A stretch of DNA of 64,000 nucleotides from a virus, in IMG/VR virus record IMGVR_UViG_3300028874_000370, positions 38,154 to 102,153 of that record; one strand, 5' to 3'. Shown here in pieces: positions 48,462 through 59,015 of this stretch. The position numbers were made by a program, and so were the translations under genes. Every line of letters starts with the position of its first letter. Position 1 is the stretch's first letter. The notes below the pieces were generated by a model. The model saw only the letters and a list, made by a program, of their open reading frames with translations, made no database searches and was not told where the DNA came from.

Positions 48462-49016
48462 TTATTTTATCACTAATCCATATGTCTCAAATACTTTCCT
48501 CGTGAAAATACTGACCTTAGTGATATCGTGTTTAAAGTCATAGACCATTATTCCATTGGATTGAGATAAGTCCATCATATTAACTTTAATAATTTCTATT
48601 AATTTGTTTGGATTGTTCTTAGACGAAACATAATATTCTATATATTGTTTAGTTTTTTCTAGTGTCCCATATAAAGACCAAGCATATTGGATTAATTCTT
48701 TTTTAAGCTCAATAGTCATTTGGTTAGCTTTTATAGTTACTGTTATTTCAGGATCAGGAACATTCTCTTTTAACAGAATCGGAGTATAAAAAAACTGATT
48801 GACCGCTTCAGATGTTTTTTCTTTTTCTATCAGGTGAGCTTTGTCACCATCAAAATATACAACATATTGATTTAATAAATGAGGAGAGTGAATCAGTTTG
48901 GAACCTAAATCTGGATCAATTCTGATAATATGACATTCATCATCTTGTTTTAGCATTGGTGAATTTCTTCTAATCCTCAATGATTTTTTTTCTACATATA
49001 GATACCAATCATTCAT
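48462..49016 (-). CDS. hypothetical protein
   Basis: 184 aa, ATGA overlap with the upstream gene. Confidence 0.7.
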   Translation of the reverse strand: MNDWYLYVEKKSLRIRRNSPMLKQDDECHIIRIDPDLGSKLIHSPHLLNQYVVYFDGDKAHLIEKEKTSEAVNQFFYTPILLKENVPDPEITVTIKANQMTIELKKELIQYAWSLYGTLEKTKQYIEYYVSSKNNPNKLIEIIKVNMMDLSQSNGIMVYDFKHDITKVSIFTRKVFETYGLVIK

Positions 49017-49888
49017 ATCCCGAGTTTCCGTTCCATGGTTTCGATCATTTGATCCGTGATAAAGTCTTTTAAGTGATAATGAAAAGGTAAAGTTTGTTTA
49101 TAATTACCAATAAACAATTCGCCATCTTCAGTAAAATAAGATTGGATTACACTATTCCAATCCTCTGGAATTTTAGGAGCTTTTACTTCTAGATTCCATT
49201 TTTGTAATTGAGTCTTCATATGTACAAAAGTCGGAATTTCTAAATATGAATTATTATTTAATTGTTCCGTATCTAAAATTTTAGCCGCTATAGCAAAGAC
49301 TACATCAGTACTAACAAAAGTAGGTCTTGTTTCTGGTTCCAAAAACTCTGCAAAATATGATTGCCAATTGTAATATATATGCTCTGCTAATTTGAATAAT
49401 TCGAATGCATTATCAGATTTATTAAAATAGAAAAAAGCAGTATATACATTTGGTAAATTATTAGCGGTAAAAACTTTTCTATAATAATCAGATTCTACTT
49501 TCTCATTCCGGTATGTAGAGGCTGATGTAGTAAAAACAATATCTGATTTGCTAAGACTATCCCACCATAAACTGATATCTGTAGTGAATAACATATCAGC
49601 ATCAAGCTTAACAGTCTCATCATACGGAGACATATGGATTGCTTTCCATTCATTCTCCAATTTCCAATCAGAGGAAGCCGCGTGATCACCCCAGGGGATC
49701 TCAATGACCTGATCAAATATGTTCTTATACTGAGGATCAATTGTAGTCCCAGGTGTGATTCCTATTGATAAGGATGAATATTCGAGTTGAGATAGCTTAA
49801 GTGATAAAGCCAAGGCATACGCTAATCTGATATATGCATCACCTTGAGCAATTGTGAAAAATCCTTTACTCATCTTTATAAATCTCAA
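49013..49888 (-). CDS. GT-A (GT8-like) glycosyltransferase
   Basis: SPYDETVKLDADML DxD motif, FVHMK. Confidence 0.75.
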   Translation of the reverse strand: MRFIKMSKGFFTIAQGDAYIRLAYALALSLKLSQLEYSSLSIGITPGTTIDPQYKNIFDQVIEIPWGDHAASSDWKLENEWKAIHMSPYDETVKLDADMLFTTDISLWWDSLSKSDIVFTTSASTYRNEKVESDYYRKVFTANNLPNVYTAFFYFNKSDNAFELFKLAEHIYYNWQSYFAEFLEPETRPTFVSTDVVFAIAAKILDTEQLNNNSYLEIPTFVHMKTQLQKWNLEVKAPKIPEDWNSVIQSYFTEDGELFIGNYKQTLPFHYHLKDFITDQMIETMERKLGI

Positions 49889-50765
49889 TCAATTGGTCAA
49901 CAAATTTCAATAATGATAACTTGTTCATGATATGAATATTATGTCCTTTAATTTTTGTAATATAAAAAGCATGTTCATGGTTTTGGTTTTTATATCCGAG
50001 ATCATTGAACATGATAGTAATACTATCTTTTTCTACTTTATGAAGACAATCCCGATCTGTTGAAGTCAAGATAAATGGAGTAGGTAATTTTTTAAATTCA
50101 TCATTTTCTAAAAACCCATTTAGTATATGCAGTGCTATAGAAAAAGCAAAATCATTCCTAAATACGTACCCGCCAAACCCATACAACAATTTGTAATAAT
50201 TCCAGTTATCTCTGATGTATGAGACAAGATCGAAAACCAATTTAACTTGTTCTGTTTTTTTAAAATAGATTGCGGTTGCCCAGACCATTTTGATGCCGGT
50301 CGGATTAAGCCTATATTCTTCACCGAGTAATGGACAATGATCGAGGCCTATAGCTTGATCATTGATCATGAAATCTTCTACACTACCCCAGATATTATTC
50401 AATGATGAATCTTGGATTAGAAAATCTACATCTAATAATAGAGTTTCATCATATGGCGAAAGCGCATAAGCCGAATTTCTATTTGTATTAATGAATTTAT
50501 CGTTGATTGACCAATACTGTGTATTAGAATATTTTCTAATGTTATCAGCACCAGTAGTCCTATCATCTATAATAATTTTATCAAAGATGGCTTCGATTTC
50601 TGATTTATCATTTAGATTTTCTTCTATACTTTTAGAAGAGGTAATTACCGAAATAGATAAATCTTTACCTAAATTTCGTTTACACATTAGTGCATTAGCA
50701 TATGCGATTTTTAGATAATTGACATTTGTATTATTAGAAGCAAAAAATAATATTCCTTTAGACAT
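49866..50765 (-). CDS. GT-A (GT8-like) glycosyltransferase paralog
   Basis: SPYDETLLLDVDF, RNDFAFSIA, HIMNK. Confidence 0.75.
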   Translation of the reverse strand: MSKGILFFASNNTNVNYLKIAYANALMCKRNLGKDLSISVITSSKSIEENLNDKSEIEAIFDKIIIDDRTTGADNIRKYSNTQYWSINDKFINTNRNSAYALSPYDETLLLDVDFLIQDSSLNNIWGSVEDFMINDQAIGLDHCPLLGEEYRLNPTGIKMVWATAIYFKKTEQVKLVFDLVSYIRDNWNYYKLLYGFGGYVFRNDFAFSIALHILNGFLENDEFKKLPTPFILTSTDRDCLHKVEKDSITIMFNDLGYKNQNHEHAFYITKIKGHNIHIMNKLSLLKFVDQLIEIYKDE

Positions 50766-50771
50766 ATAAAA

Positions 50772-51140
50772 TTACCATTCTAATGCTGGAGAAACACTCC
50801 GGGCTGATCTGATTTTTTTATATTCTAACAAATATTCATTAGTGGCCTGATAGTATCGATCAATAATCTTATCAATAAATGATTCTAGATTTTCTATGAG
50901 AATAGGATTATTATTAATGTCAATCAAAATTGCTTCTTCTTGATTCCTTTGGATCAATGTCCCAACAAATGAAATCAATGATTCAGTGATATGAAATGTC
51001 CCGCCATTTTCAGCAAAGGCTAAAGCTTGCTTATATTTTAGATTGCAGTTTTGGCGTTGGAGAGTGAGAGTATACTTATATCGACTTTTATCAAGAGCTT
51101 GTTCTAAACGCTCGTCATGGTATTTTTGTTCTTCTGACAT
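50772..51140 (-). CDS. hypothetical protein, first gene of the glyco operon
   Basis: GAGG RBS; TGGTATAAT promoter at 51173-51181. Confidence 0.7.
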   Translation of the reverse strand: MSEEQKYHDERLEQALDKSRYKYTLTLQRQNCNLKYKQALAFAENGGTFHITESLISFVGTLIQRNQEEAILIDINNNPILIENLESFIDKIIDRYYQATNEYLLEYKKIRSARSVSPALEW

Positions 51141-51182
51141 GTTATAACCTCTTATGGGCTTTTATGTTATATATTATACCAC

Positions 51183-51206
51183 AAACCCTAGACTGAGCTA
51201 GGGTTT
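51183..51206 (-). terminator. hairpin/terminator
   Basis: aaaccctag-actgag-ctagggttt. Confidence 0.55.
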
Positions 51207-51230
51207 GTAAGATTATAAAACTACAAAATG

Positions 51231-52565
51231 TTATGTAGTGATTGCTGAAGATGTTACCGTAGGCCAAGCAATCACAGGATTATCAAGTATTGTATGTAAA
51301 GGACGAACTACAGAAGTCACTGAATGTAGTGTTCCACCCACACCACCATATAATGTTCCAGCACTACCATAATTAATCACAAAATTAATTTGATCAGTCC
51401 CAACCAAATATGCATTAATTGAATATGTATCTTGACCATCTGGATCACCACTAGAACCAGAAAATGTAAATATTTGCTGTGACGTAGTTGTCAAATTATA
51501 CAAACCAATTGATCCAGTATCACTAGCCGAATCGACTGTCCCGGTTACACTGAATGTAACGGTTCCGCGTGCTGCTAAGAATGCCTGAACATCAAAATCA
51601 CGACCGGTCAACGGACTAGTTAATGATGGAATAAATTGAATTTGGCCGCCAGCATTAAAGAAAGCATTCATTGCTGCTTGATTAGCCCATGTCACGGAAA
51701 TATCATGAACTAAAGGACCGTTCCATGTAGAAGAATATGTTTGAGTTCCGGCCGAAGGAGTTTCGGATTCTAATGAACCAGAAACTGGTTTAAACCGAGT
51801 TGTTCCGGCACTGAAACTATTTACCACCGTAAGAGTGTTTGCATATTGGGTTAGCATTGTCACTATACCAATAGGGATCACATTACCTGGCTGATACATA
51901 AACCCATATGGCGAAACATTAGTTGTACTTAAACCAAGATATGTACAAATGCTATTGATTTGTGCAATCAAAGAAAGCCACATAGTATTTGTTAGATTGC
52001 CAACAGTAGCATTAGGAATAACTGCGCCAGTTTGTCCCCAACCAAAGGCCGTAGCTAATGTAGAACCGACTGGGGATCCAATGATTTGATTAATCAATGC
52101 GGCCATGGCATTGTATTCCGTCACATATGCTACATTGACTGAAGTTGTGCTAGGATAAACTTGATCCCATTTTGTGCCATCATATATACTGAGGACACCA
52201 TTTGATGTATTGTACCATAGTTGACCAACTGTGCCTGGGCTTGGTTCTGTTGTTCCGGTAGAAACTCCACCACCACATTCAGCCCAGGGGCCATTAGATG
52301 TATCAATGTTTGCTGCATTATAAACCATCAACGATTGAGTTGTGGTATCATACCAGAGTTGTCCTGTTGTTGGAACAGCTGGTGCTGTACTGTCAGCAAA
52401 ATTTTCTAATAACCATAACAAATTTTCTTGGAGTTGTTGACCCCAATTTGCACTTCCTCGACCAGTCAAAGTAAGTGATGTATCTGATGTATCTGTTGTT
52501 TGTGGAAGTACAGTAAATGATGGCTTACTAGAACTTGTCCAGGTAAACGTATATTGATCGCTCAT
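51231..52565 (-). CDS. virion structural protein (tail/baseplate fibre-like)
   Basis: ENLLWLLENFA, GQLWY repeats; downstream of the tube gene. Confidence 0.7.
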   Translation of the reverse strand: MSDQYTFTWTSSSKPSFTVLPQTTDTSDTSLTLTGRGSANWGQQLQENLLWLLENFADSTAPAVPTTGQLWYDTTTQSLMVYNAANIDTSNGPWAECGGGVSTGTTEPSPGTVGQLWYNTSNGVLSIYDGTKWDQVYPSTTSVNVAYVTEYNAMAALINQIIGSPVGSTLATAFGWGQTGAVIPNATVGNLTNTMWLSLIAQINSICTYLGLSTTNVSPYGFMYQPGNVIPIGIVTMLTQYANTLTVVNSFSAGTTRFKPVSGSLESETPSAGTQTYSSTWNGPLVHDISVTWANQAAMNAFFNAGGQIQFIPSLTSPLTGRDFDVQAFLAARGTVTFSVTGTVDSASDTGSIGLYNLTTTSQQIFTFSGSSGDPDGQDTYSINAYLVGTDQINFVINYGSAGTLYGGVGGTLHSVTSVVRPLHTILDNPVIAWPTVTSSAITT

Positions 52566-52655
52566 GAATTATCCTTTGCGCCGACTCACAAAAATTGAAA
52601 TCATTCAACTCGTCGGTATAGTGAGTTGAATGATTGTAGATCTATTTATTACTGA

Positions 52656-53237
52656 TTACAATGTACCGCCAATTGCTGTTCCTAGACCAGGTTGAACAAT
52701 AGTCTGTGAAGCTTGATCAAAGCGAATTTGTAAACTAATAGTCACAACTTCAGATGCACCATAATCTAGTTCGCCGTAATCACTACCAGTAATCCAGCAA
52801 CCTTCAATAAGCCATTCTTCTAGAACTGTATCATTACCATCTAGTTGATCTAGCTTAATACCAAATTTATAGGCAGAAGCTGTCGCAGCTGTAGCAAGGT
52901 ACGGACCTGAAGCACCAACCAAAAGTTGTTGTGCATCTAATTGTGATTGAATAATAGAAGTAGCAAGACCAGTCACATCATCTTGTACAACCAAATTCAT
53001 TGCTTCCCATTCATGCTTACCAGCCACATAGGCTGTTGAGTTATATCGATCAAGCTTAACTTGTTCGAATGTTAAATTGGGACGAGTTACAGTAATTGCT
53101 TGCATTGATAAATCAGACGAATTACCACCCGCACTAGATCCAATTCCTTGGAATAGCACGCGCCATTTATTTTTCAACTTAGGCATTAATATACCGAAAC
53201 CTACGCCAGGGATTCCGACTTGACTTAGGGTAGCCAT
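52656..53237 (-). CDS. tail tube protein (gp19-like)
   Basis: PKLKNKWRV, YVAGKHEW, GELDY, IRFD; follows the sheath gene. Confidence 0.88.
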   Translation of the reverse strand: MATLSQVGIPGVGFGILMPKLKNKWRVLFQGIGSSAGGNSSDLSMQAITVTRPNLTFEQVKLDRYNSTAYVAGKHEWEAMNLVVQDDVTGLATSIIQSQLDAQQLLVGASGPYLATAATASAYKFGIKLDQLDGNDTVLEEWLIEGCWITGSDYGELDYGASEVVTISLQIRFDQASQTIVQPGLGTAIGGTL

Positions 53238-53284
53238 GGATTTTTACTCCTTATTTATAGTACGAAAATGTACTTATTCAGGAG

Positions 53285-53292
53285 TATTTATA
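53285..53292 (-). promoter_or_regulatory. late promoter TATAAATA
   Basis: tatttata (second copy at 53252-53259). Confidence 0.6.
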
Positions 53293-53352
53293 GAGAAAGA
53301 CTTTAAAAGTTGGTCTTTTTCGACAGTGCATTTTAGAAATTTCTTGGCAAAC

Positions 53353-53384
53353 AAAAAAGGAGACTCGCAATGAGTCTCCTTTTT
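53353..53384. terminator. bidirectional terminator
   Basis: aaaaaaggagactcgcaatgagtctccttttt. Confidence 0.8.
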
Positions 53385-53401
53385 ATTAAAAACTAATTCA
53401 G

Positions 53402-55066
53402 TTATGAATTGTTTGAGCTTGAACCAGTAGTACCGCCACCTGGCATTGCTGCACCGGTTGCTAATACTGTGATTGGGATGTAAATAAATTCTGCAGCAAT
53501 AACTGGTTGTAGTGCAACATCACACCACAATTGGTTTTGTGCAATCAAAGCAGGAGTGTTATTACTTGTATCGCATAACGAAACAAAGTCATACAAACCA
53601 CGTTTGATCAATACATCACCAAGGAATCCATCTACTGCGGCTTTCAAATTATCACGAGTGATTTGGTCATTCGGTTCAAACAAGAATGGGAAAGCGCCAA
53701 TACGTAATGCACGTTTGATATACATCAACAAACGAACTACGTTAACACGATCCAATGCTGAATCTGCTGAAGCTGAAGTTTTCTGACCAAACACGAAGAA
53801 GCCTTGGCCTGGGAAATATGCAAATGGATTAATATTTGCAAAGTCCTGATACAACACATCTCGTTGACCTTGATTCAAATTGACTTGATTGAATGTGGTT
53901 GCAGTTCCGATGGTTCCGGAAATATAACCAAAACCAGTATCAACACATGTGATCAAACCACGATTCACACCAGCTGGAGCGAACCAAACTTCTGATACAT
54001 TATCCGAATACGCATAAGTTGCTAAAGCAACACCAGATGCAGCTACGAATACTTCAACACCATTTAGGTTTGAAGTCATTGCATTTGGGTAGTAATAAGC
54101 AATGCTAGTACCATTTGCTCGTGCCGTTGTCGCTGCCCAGGTTGCTGTTGCTTCCGGGGTCAAAGTGAATGGAGTATCAGCAATAACAAATGCTTCTCCA
54201 TAAACATCAGCTGACAAATTAACTAAGTCTTCAGCAACTTCAAAATAGCCAGGGCATAGAATCAAGTTGTATGGGTAAATATCAGTTGTACGAACTTCAG
54301 AATTTGAATTAATCTGAGCAGCTAATGCAACAACGATATTAGCACGCTTTGCTGCATCACCAGTACCAAGCACACTAGTTACTACGGTTTCCGATACTGT
54401 GAATACGAATGTATCACCGATTTCAAATGCACCAGATCCTGCTGTAATTGTAAATCCGACTTTTGTGTTATCATATACAACACCAACTGAAGCTGCAGCT
54501 TTCGATCCAGATACAGAACCAACTACAGTAAATGTTTGTGGTGACCCAGTAGAATTACATGTTAATGTCCATGTTTCTGCTACTTCAGCAATATCAATGT
54601 TTGGTGTCGAAATTGTACCCTTTTGTGCATTTAGCCCTGATGTAACACCAGTAAAAATAGGGGTACTTGGTAGAAGTTCTGTGACTGGCAAATCAGCCAA
54701 ATCAACATCAGCACGAACTACATAGGCTTGATTACCAATACCTAGATATTGGTTGAGCGCAAATAATCCATATTCATTACGTGAATCACCATGTAATTGG
54801 GTCTGTTGAGCAAGCGGTAATGACGATGTTGATGGATCGATTCTGAATGCTGGAACACCATATGAAGTCACTGACATGCCTAGCGAAGTAATCGTGCGGA
54901 CGATCCCGCTTTCAGCAGTGTAAGCAGCAAGTGTCACTCCATCAGTCTGTTTTTTATTTGCTTGTGTAGCAATAAAAAACAAAGGCACTGTTGGCGACGT
55001 TACTGGGATGTAGAAGCTCTCGTCGATAATCGTCACGCTTACGCCGGGCGATACTAGAGTAGACAT
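53402..55066 (-). CDS. tail sheath protein (gp18-like)
   Basis: LVSPGVSV, WFAPAG..RG, GQKT, RVNVVRL, FEPND. Confidence 0.93.
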   Translation of the reverse strand: MSTLVSPGVSVTIIDESFYIPVTSPTVPLFFIATQANKKQTDGVTLAAYTAESGIVRTITSLGMSVTSYGVPAFRIDPSTSSLPLAQQTQLHGDSRNEYGLFALNQYLGIGNQAYVVRADVDLADLPVTELLPSTPIFTGVTSGLNAQKGTISTPNIDIAEVAETWTLTCNSTGSPQTFTVVGSVSGSKAAASVGVVYDNTKVGFTITAGSGAFEIGDTFVFTVSETVVTSVLGTGDAAKRANIVVALAAQINSNSEVRTTDIYPYNLILCPGYFEVAEDLVNLSADVYGEAFVIADTPFTLTPEATATWAATTARANGTSIAYYYPNAMTSNLNGVEVFVAASGVALATYAYSDNVSEVWFAPAGVNRGLITCVDTGFGYISGTIGTATTFNQVNLNQGQRDVLYQDFANINPFAYFPGQGFFVFGQKTSASADSALDRVNVVRLLMYIKRALRIGAFPFLFEPNDQITRDNLKAAVDGFLGDVLIKRGLYDFVSLCDTSNNTPALIAQNQLWCDVALQPVIAAEFIYIPITVLATGAAMPGGGTTGSSSNNS

Positions 55067-55152
55067 GTTAAATCTCCTTTTTTAATTTTGCACTTTAATA
55101 AGCACAAATTCTCTTTTGATCTTATAGTTCTATTTATTCATTTAGGCAGTTT

Positions 55153-55923
55153 TTACGGCGAATTAACTGTCACTTGAGATTCATCAATTGTTGTAGTAGC
55201 CCAGATATCACCAGCAAATGGTTCTAAATCCCCGGATTCTCCATATGTATCCAATGAAAATCCTTCAATGTCACCAAAACGTTGTATAATGGTTCTAACC
55301 AAATCATCTTTTAAGGCGCCTGGAGGACTAATCCAAGTCGACATTCTAAAATTCAAATTCCAAACTATGATTCGTTTTTCTGGTCCAGTTGGATAATTTT
55401 CTTCTGATGCTAAACTTAACAATTCAACCGAACATTGTCTAGCCCAATCAAACGGAGAATCATTAATCTGCAGTTGTAAAACAGGATCAAACACAATTAA
55501 AATCTGTTCTAAAATCTGAAACATTTGATCCATATTGGAAGCATAAATTGCCAACTCAAAAGTCAAGTCATATGGGATTGGCATTGCACGTTCCAAAACT
55601 TTTAAGTCTGTCGGAAATACTCCGCCGGCCGGCATAACAGTTTTTCTTTGAGTCATCCCAACACCCATTCTTCGTTCTGGCGCTAATTCAATTTCTAACA
55701 AATAGGTCGACATAACAGGAAGAACAAGCATTTTGTTCTGTGTAAAACCATTCGATATAGCAGCAACAACACGATCAATTGATCCATACCTAACAGGAAC
55801 ACTAATCATATGTTGGGTCCCGTCATCTTGAACCCCCGTCTCAACTTGTAATCCAGCAAAGATCGAAGAAAACTGCGTGATTAAAGTTTTAAATTGTTCA
55901 TTATAAAAATACCCGGTAATCAT
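55153..55923 (-). CDS. tail sheath stabilizer/terminator (gp15-like)
   Basis: YFYNEQ, VPVRYG, PIPYDL, QILEQIL. Confidence 0.85.
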   Translation of the reverse strand: MITGYFYNEQFKTLITQFSSIFAGLQVETGVQDDGTQHMISVPVRYGSIDRVVAAISNGFTQNKMLVLPVMSTYLLEIELAPERRMGVGMTQRKTVMPAGGVFPTDLKVLERAMPIPYDLTFELAIYASNMDQMFQILEQILIVFDPVLQLQINDSPFDWARQCSVELLSLASEENYPTGPEKRIIVWNLNFRMSTWISPPGALKDDLVRTIIQRFGDIEGFSLDTYGESGDLEPFAGDIWATTTIDESQVTVNSP

Positions 55924-55933
55924 TTAAATCCTT

Positions 55934-57448
55934 TTATAGTTTATCTGCTAGATTGATTCGTTGACTCGAATCAATCAATCTACGCATTGATGGCTTATAT
56001 GAAGATTGTTGAAGTCTTCTATCTGTTTCTAAATAAATCCAGCGATTTTTAACTTGGTTCCATTGATACAATTTAGGAGGTAAATATGTATCACTCGTAT
56101 AATTCATTCTGAAATAATCTTCATTTGACGGCGAAGTTGGAAATGATGTTCCTTCAGTGTATGCTTGATTATTAGGAGGTAATCCATCTTCTACTGAATA
56201 ATCTCGACCATCGTATTTACCTCTCAAATGATCATCCGTCCAAATCAACGGCATACCACTACGCAAACCAGTGGTATCAGAACCAGTCAATGGAACTTCT
56301 TCTTCAGCTGTTTTTATAATAATTTCATTTGCTTCTTGAACAAGTTGATTCAATGGTGAATCAGACACCATAAATTGATCATCGGTTAATGTGGTATATC
56401 CTTTATCCGATTTAAACAAACTCATATTTTCTTGTGATGCAATTGCTGGTGTGGCCGTAATTCTATATAAAATAGGTCTCCAACCTGGCGCATATCCTTC
56501 TGTACTCCAAGTCGTATCAGTCACTTCTAACCATTTACGAACTTTAATTAGATTATTGTCATATTGCGCTTCACTTGGTAATTCGATAATGTCACCAATC
56601 ACGACAGGACGCCCCAATAAAGTCACCATCCTAGCGTATGATACTGTAAACAAATATTGCTGTGGTAAATCAATACCAAACTTAGTTAATTCTGTTTCAA
56701 CATCTATTAAATCGTAATGGCCTCTAAGCTGGATAGAAATATTTGCATAATCACGATCTCTATTTTCTAAGAAGATTAAATCTTCTATGTTACCCAAATT
56801 AGTCTGTGTGTAATTCATCATCTGGACCTGAACAACAATCCATCCATCAGAAGAGCCGCCAGCAAACATCAACGGAACTATTCTCCACATTTGTGAAGGT
56901 CCGGATTGTTTAACCGAAATCAATTCCAGTTCAGCAGTATTTGGTAGATTAACTACATCAGCTCTGAGCCAAGTTACACCGCCATCATCAGATCGTTCTA
57001 TACGAGCTTGGAGAACTCGATTTTGTGGATTGGGGCCTTGTTGAATATTGATTGATGTAATTTCTTGTCTAATAGGCTGTGATGGATTATATTGTTCTGA
57101 ACCTGAAGCAGTTTTCAATGTTCCGAAGTTATATCCAATGAATGAATTAAGTACAGAAGGTCCCACTTGTAAAGATTCCCATCCAGCTGTACTAGAGGTA
57201 AACGCATCAGCAAGAACATATCCACCAGCAGTACCAGATGATAAAGGATTTCCGGCACCGGTTAAATCTTGGAGTTGACCTTGCTCATGAACTCCTAACA
57301 TACGGAATACATTAATTTGAGCGCCAGCAATCTGCAAAGCTTCAGCAGCAAGATCTTCGGCGTAATATGTATCAGCATGATCACCGGAATAACTATTTAA
57401 ATCCCAATCACCGAAATGAAGTGGTGGCGGAACATATTTTTGAATCAT
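55934..57448 (-). CDS. neck/head closure protein (gp14-like) with insertions
   Basis: FLENRDRDY, LTKFG, GDIIELP; gp13-gp14-gp15 synteny. Confidence 0.75.
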   Translation of the reverse strand: MIQKYVPPPLHFGDWDLNSYSGDHADTYYAEDLAAEALQIAGAQINVFRMLGVHEQGQLQDLTGAGNPLSSGTAGGYVLADAFTSSTAGWESLQVGPSVLNSFIGYNFGTLKTASGSEQYNPSQPIRQEITSINIQQGPNPQNRVLQARIERSDDGGVTWLRADVVNLPNTAELELISVKQSGPSQMWRIVPLMFAGGSSDGWIVVQVQMMNYTQTNLGNIEDLIFLENRDRDYANISIQLRGHYDLIDVETELTKFGIDLPQQYLFTVSYARMVTLLGRPVVIGDIIELPSEAQYDNNLIKVRKWLEVTDTTWSTEGYAPGWRPILYRITATPAIASQENMSLFKSDKGYTTLTDDQFMVSDSPLNQLVQEANEIIIKTAEEEVPLTGSDTTGLRSGMPLIWTDDHLRGKYDGRDYSVEDGLPPNNQAYTEGTSFPTSPSNEDYFRMNYTSDTYLPPKLYQWNQVKNRWIYLETDRRLQQSSYKPSMRRLIDSSQRINLADKL

Positions 57449-57508
57449 TATTTCAATCCTTTGTAGTTTTTATAAACAGAGTTCTAATTTGGTAATGGCT
57501 CAATCAAA

Positions 57509-58996
57509 TCAGCCAATTACAAAGCTGTAATTTCCGGCGTTATAGCCTCCGTTCCCAACTTCCATGTCCATGATTTGGCGTAGTAATTCTGTTTGGTCTT
57601 CGAATGCTGATTGTAGGAGTTCTGATCCGTTAAGATTTATACCGCCACCAGCACCAGGTAAAGAAGCAAACTTGGAACGGATATGCCCCAACATCATTTT
57701 AGCTTCAGAAACAGCCCAGCCTTGAATCCATTGAGTTGAATAGCGATCAACAAGAAGTTCTTGCTCGGTTCGCTCAGTCATTGCCTCTAATAAAACATGT
57801 TCGCGGCCAATGACTTGTCTAAAGGTTTCTAATAAGCGAGTTGCTTCATTAAATCTAAATGCGATTTCTCCAGCAAAAATCTGCGAGAATTGTTCAGCAT
57901 ATGCATTCATCATATAAATCGAAGTCAAATCGACAACACCTTGAGTGTATAACTGGACCAAAAATGATTGACCATAAATTCCATTTTCACCCTGAGCAAT
58001 CAATCCAAGCCCAGAGACGCGCCAAATCTTAACAATGTCTGTGATTTTATCTGTTCCGGCAACTGGATCATTTAGATAATATTTTTGCTGTTTATCTTCT
58101 AACCGAACAGCAAAATATTTTAAAGAGTATGCGTTATCCGCGCGACGTCTAAATTCTTGAAGTGCGTTATTGATAGCAATCTGGTAATGTTCTTCGTCAA
58201 GTTCAACAGAAATTCTAGGCCATCCTAATTGTCTTTTGATTATAGTAATTAAATTAGCACGTTCATTAAAGCTCCCATCTGTCCCTGGCGCTTTACTATA
58301 CATTGGGGTTCCAGCATCTGTTGTATTAACAACAGAATATCCTGTCCCAGTCCAGCAATAAAGCAATTTGGTCACTTCATGATAAAAGAATTGACCTATT
58401 TGGATATACGGAGCTTCTGGAAATTCAATCCCGACAAGTGTTCTATCTACACCAGCAAGAACCCAACCAGTCCCAGTCCACATACTGGTTGCGCCAGTTA
58501 AAGTGTTATAGTAAACTTGGCCTATAGAAGGTGATAGGGGCGGCGAGGTGGCTTGAGCGATATCACCTGAATAGGTATTAGAGTCTATCTGTAACGCATA
58601 GCTCTGGTTGCCCCTAGTGTAATATTGAAGTGTATTTGTAACTGGATGTCCGGATGCAAAATAGACTGAATCTGGATTCAGTCCAACAACATTAATCGAA
58701 GTGGAAATTTTATCGCCATACATAGCACCAACAACTTGAGCATCTCCAATCATTGATTGTGGGACACCCAGGTCTTGGGAAGCTATATAAGTTTGGCCAT
58801 CAACCGGGAAATTTTCAGGAAGGATTTGAGAAGTCTTTAATGTTGCCACTATCCCGTTATACAAAGAAAGGTCACGTGGCAAAACCCAAGTCAACACACC
58901 ATTAGTTGGTGATGTTCTTGTAAAGACTACTCTGATTTGATCACCAACAGAATCAATAGCTTGTTGGGTGAGAGGTGTTGAGTAAATTTGACTCAT
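57509..58996 (-). CDS. neck protein (gp13-like) with N-terminal extension
   Basis: RQLGWPRISVEL, GHIRSKF, PGAGGGINLNG. Confidence 0.85.
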   Translation of the reverse strand: MSQIYSTPLTQQAIDSVGDQIRVVFTRTSPTNGVLTWVLPRDLSLYNGIVATLKTSQILPENFPVDGQTYIASQDLGVPQSMIGDAQVVGAMYGDKISTSINVVGLNPDSVYFASGHPVTNTLQYYTRGNQSYALQIDSNTYSGDIAQATSPPLSPSIGQVYYNTLTGATSMWTGTGWVLAGVDRTLVGIEFPEAPYIQIGQFFYHEVTKLLYCWTGTGYSVVNTTDAGTPMYSKAPGTDGSFNERANLITIIKRQLGWPRISVELDEEHYQIAINNALQEFRRRADNAYSLKYFAVRLEDKQQKYYLNDPVAGTDKITDIVKIWRVSGLGLIAQGENGIYGQSFLVQLYTQGVVDLTSIYMMNAYAEQFSQIFAGEIAFRFNEATRLLETFRQVIGREHVLLEAMTERTEQELLVDRYSTQWIQGWAVSEAKMMLGHIRSKFASLPGAGGGINLNGSELLQSAFEDQTELLRQIMDMEVGNGGYNAGNYSFVIG

Positions 58997-59015
58997 CGTG
59001 TAAACCTTGTATGTA

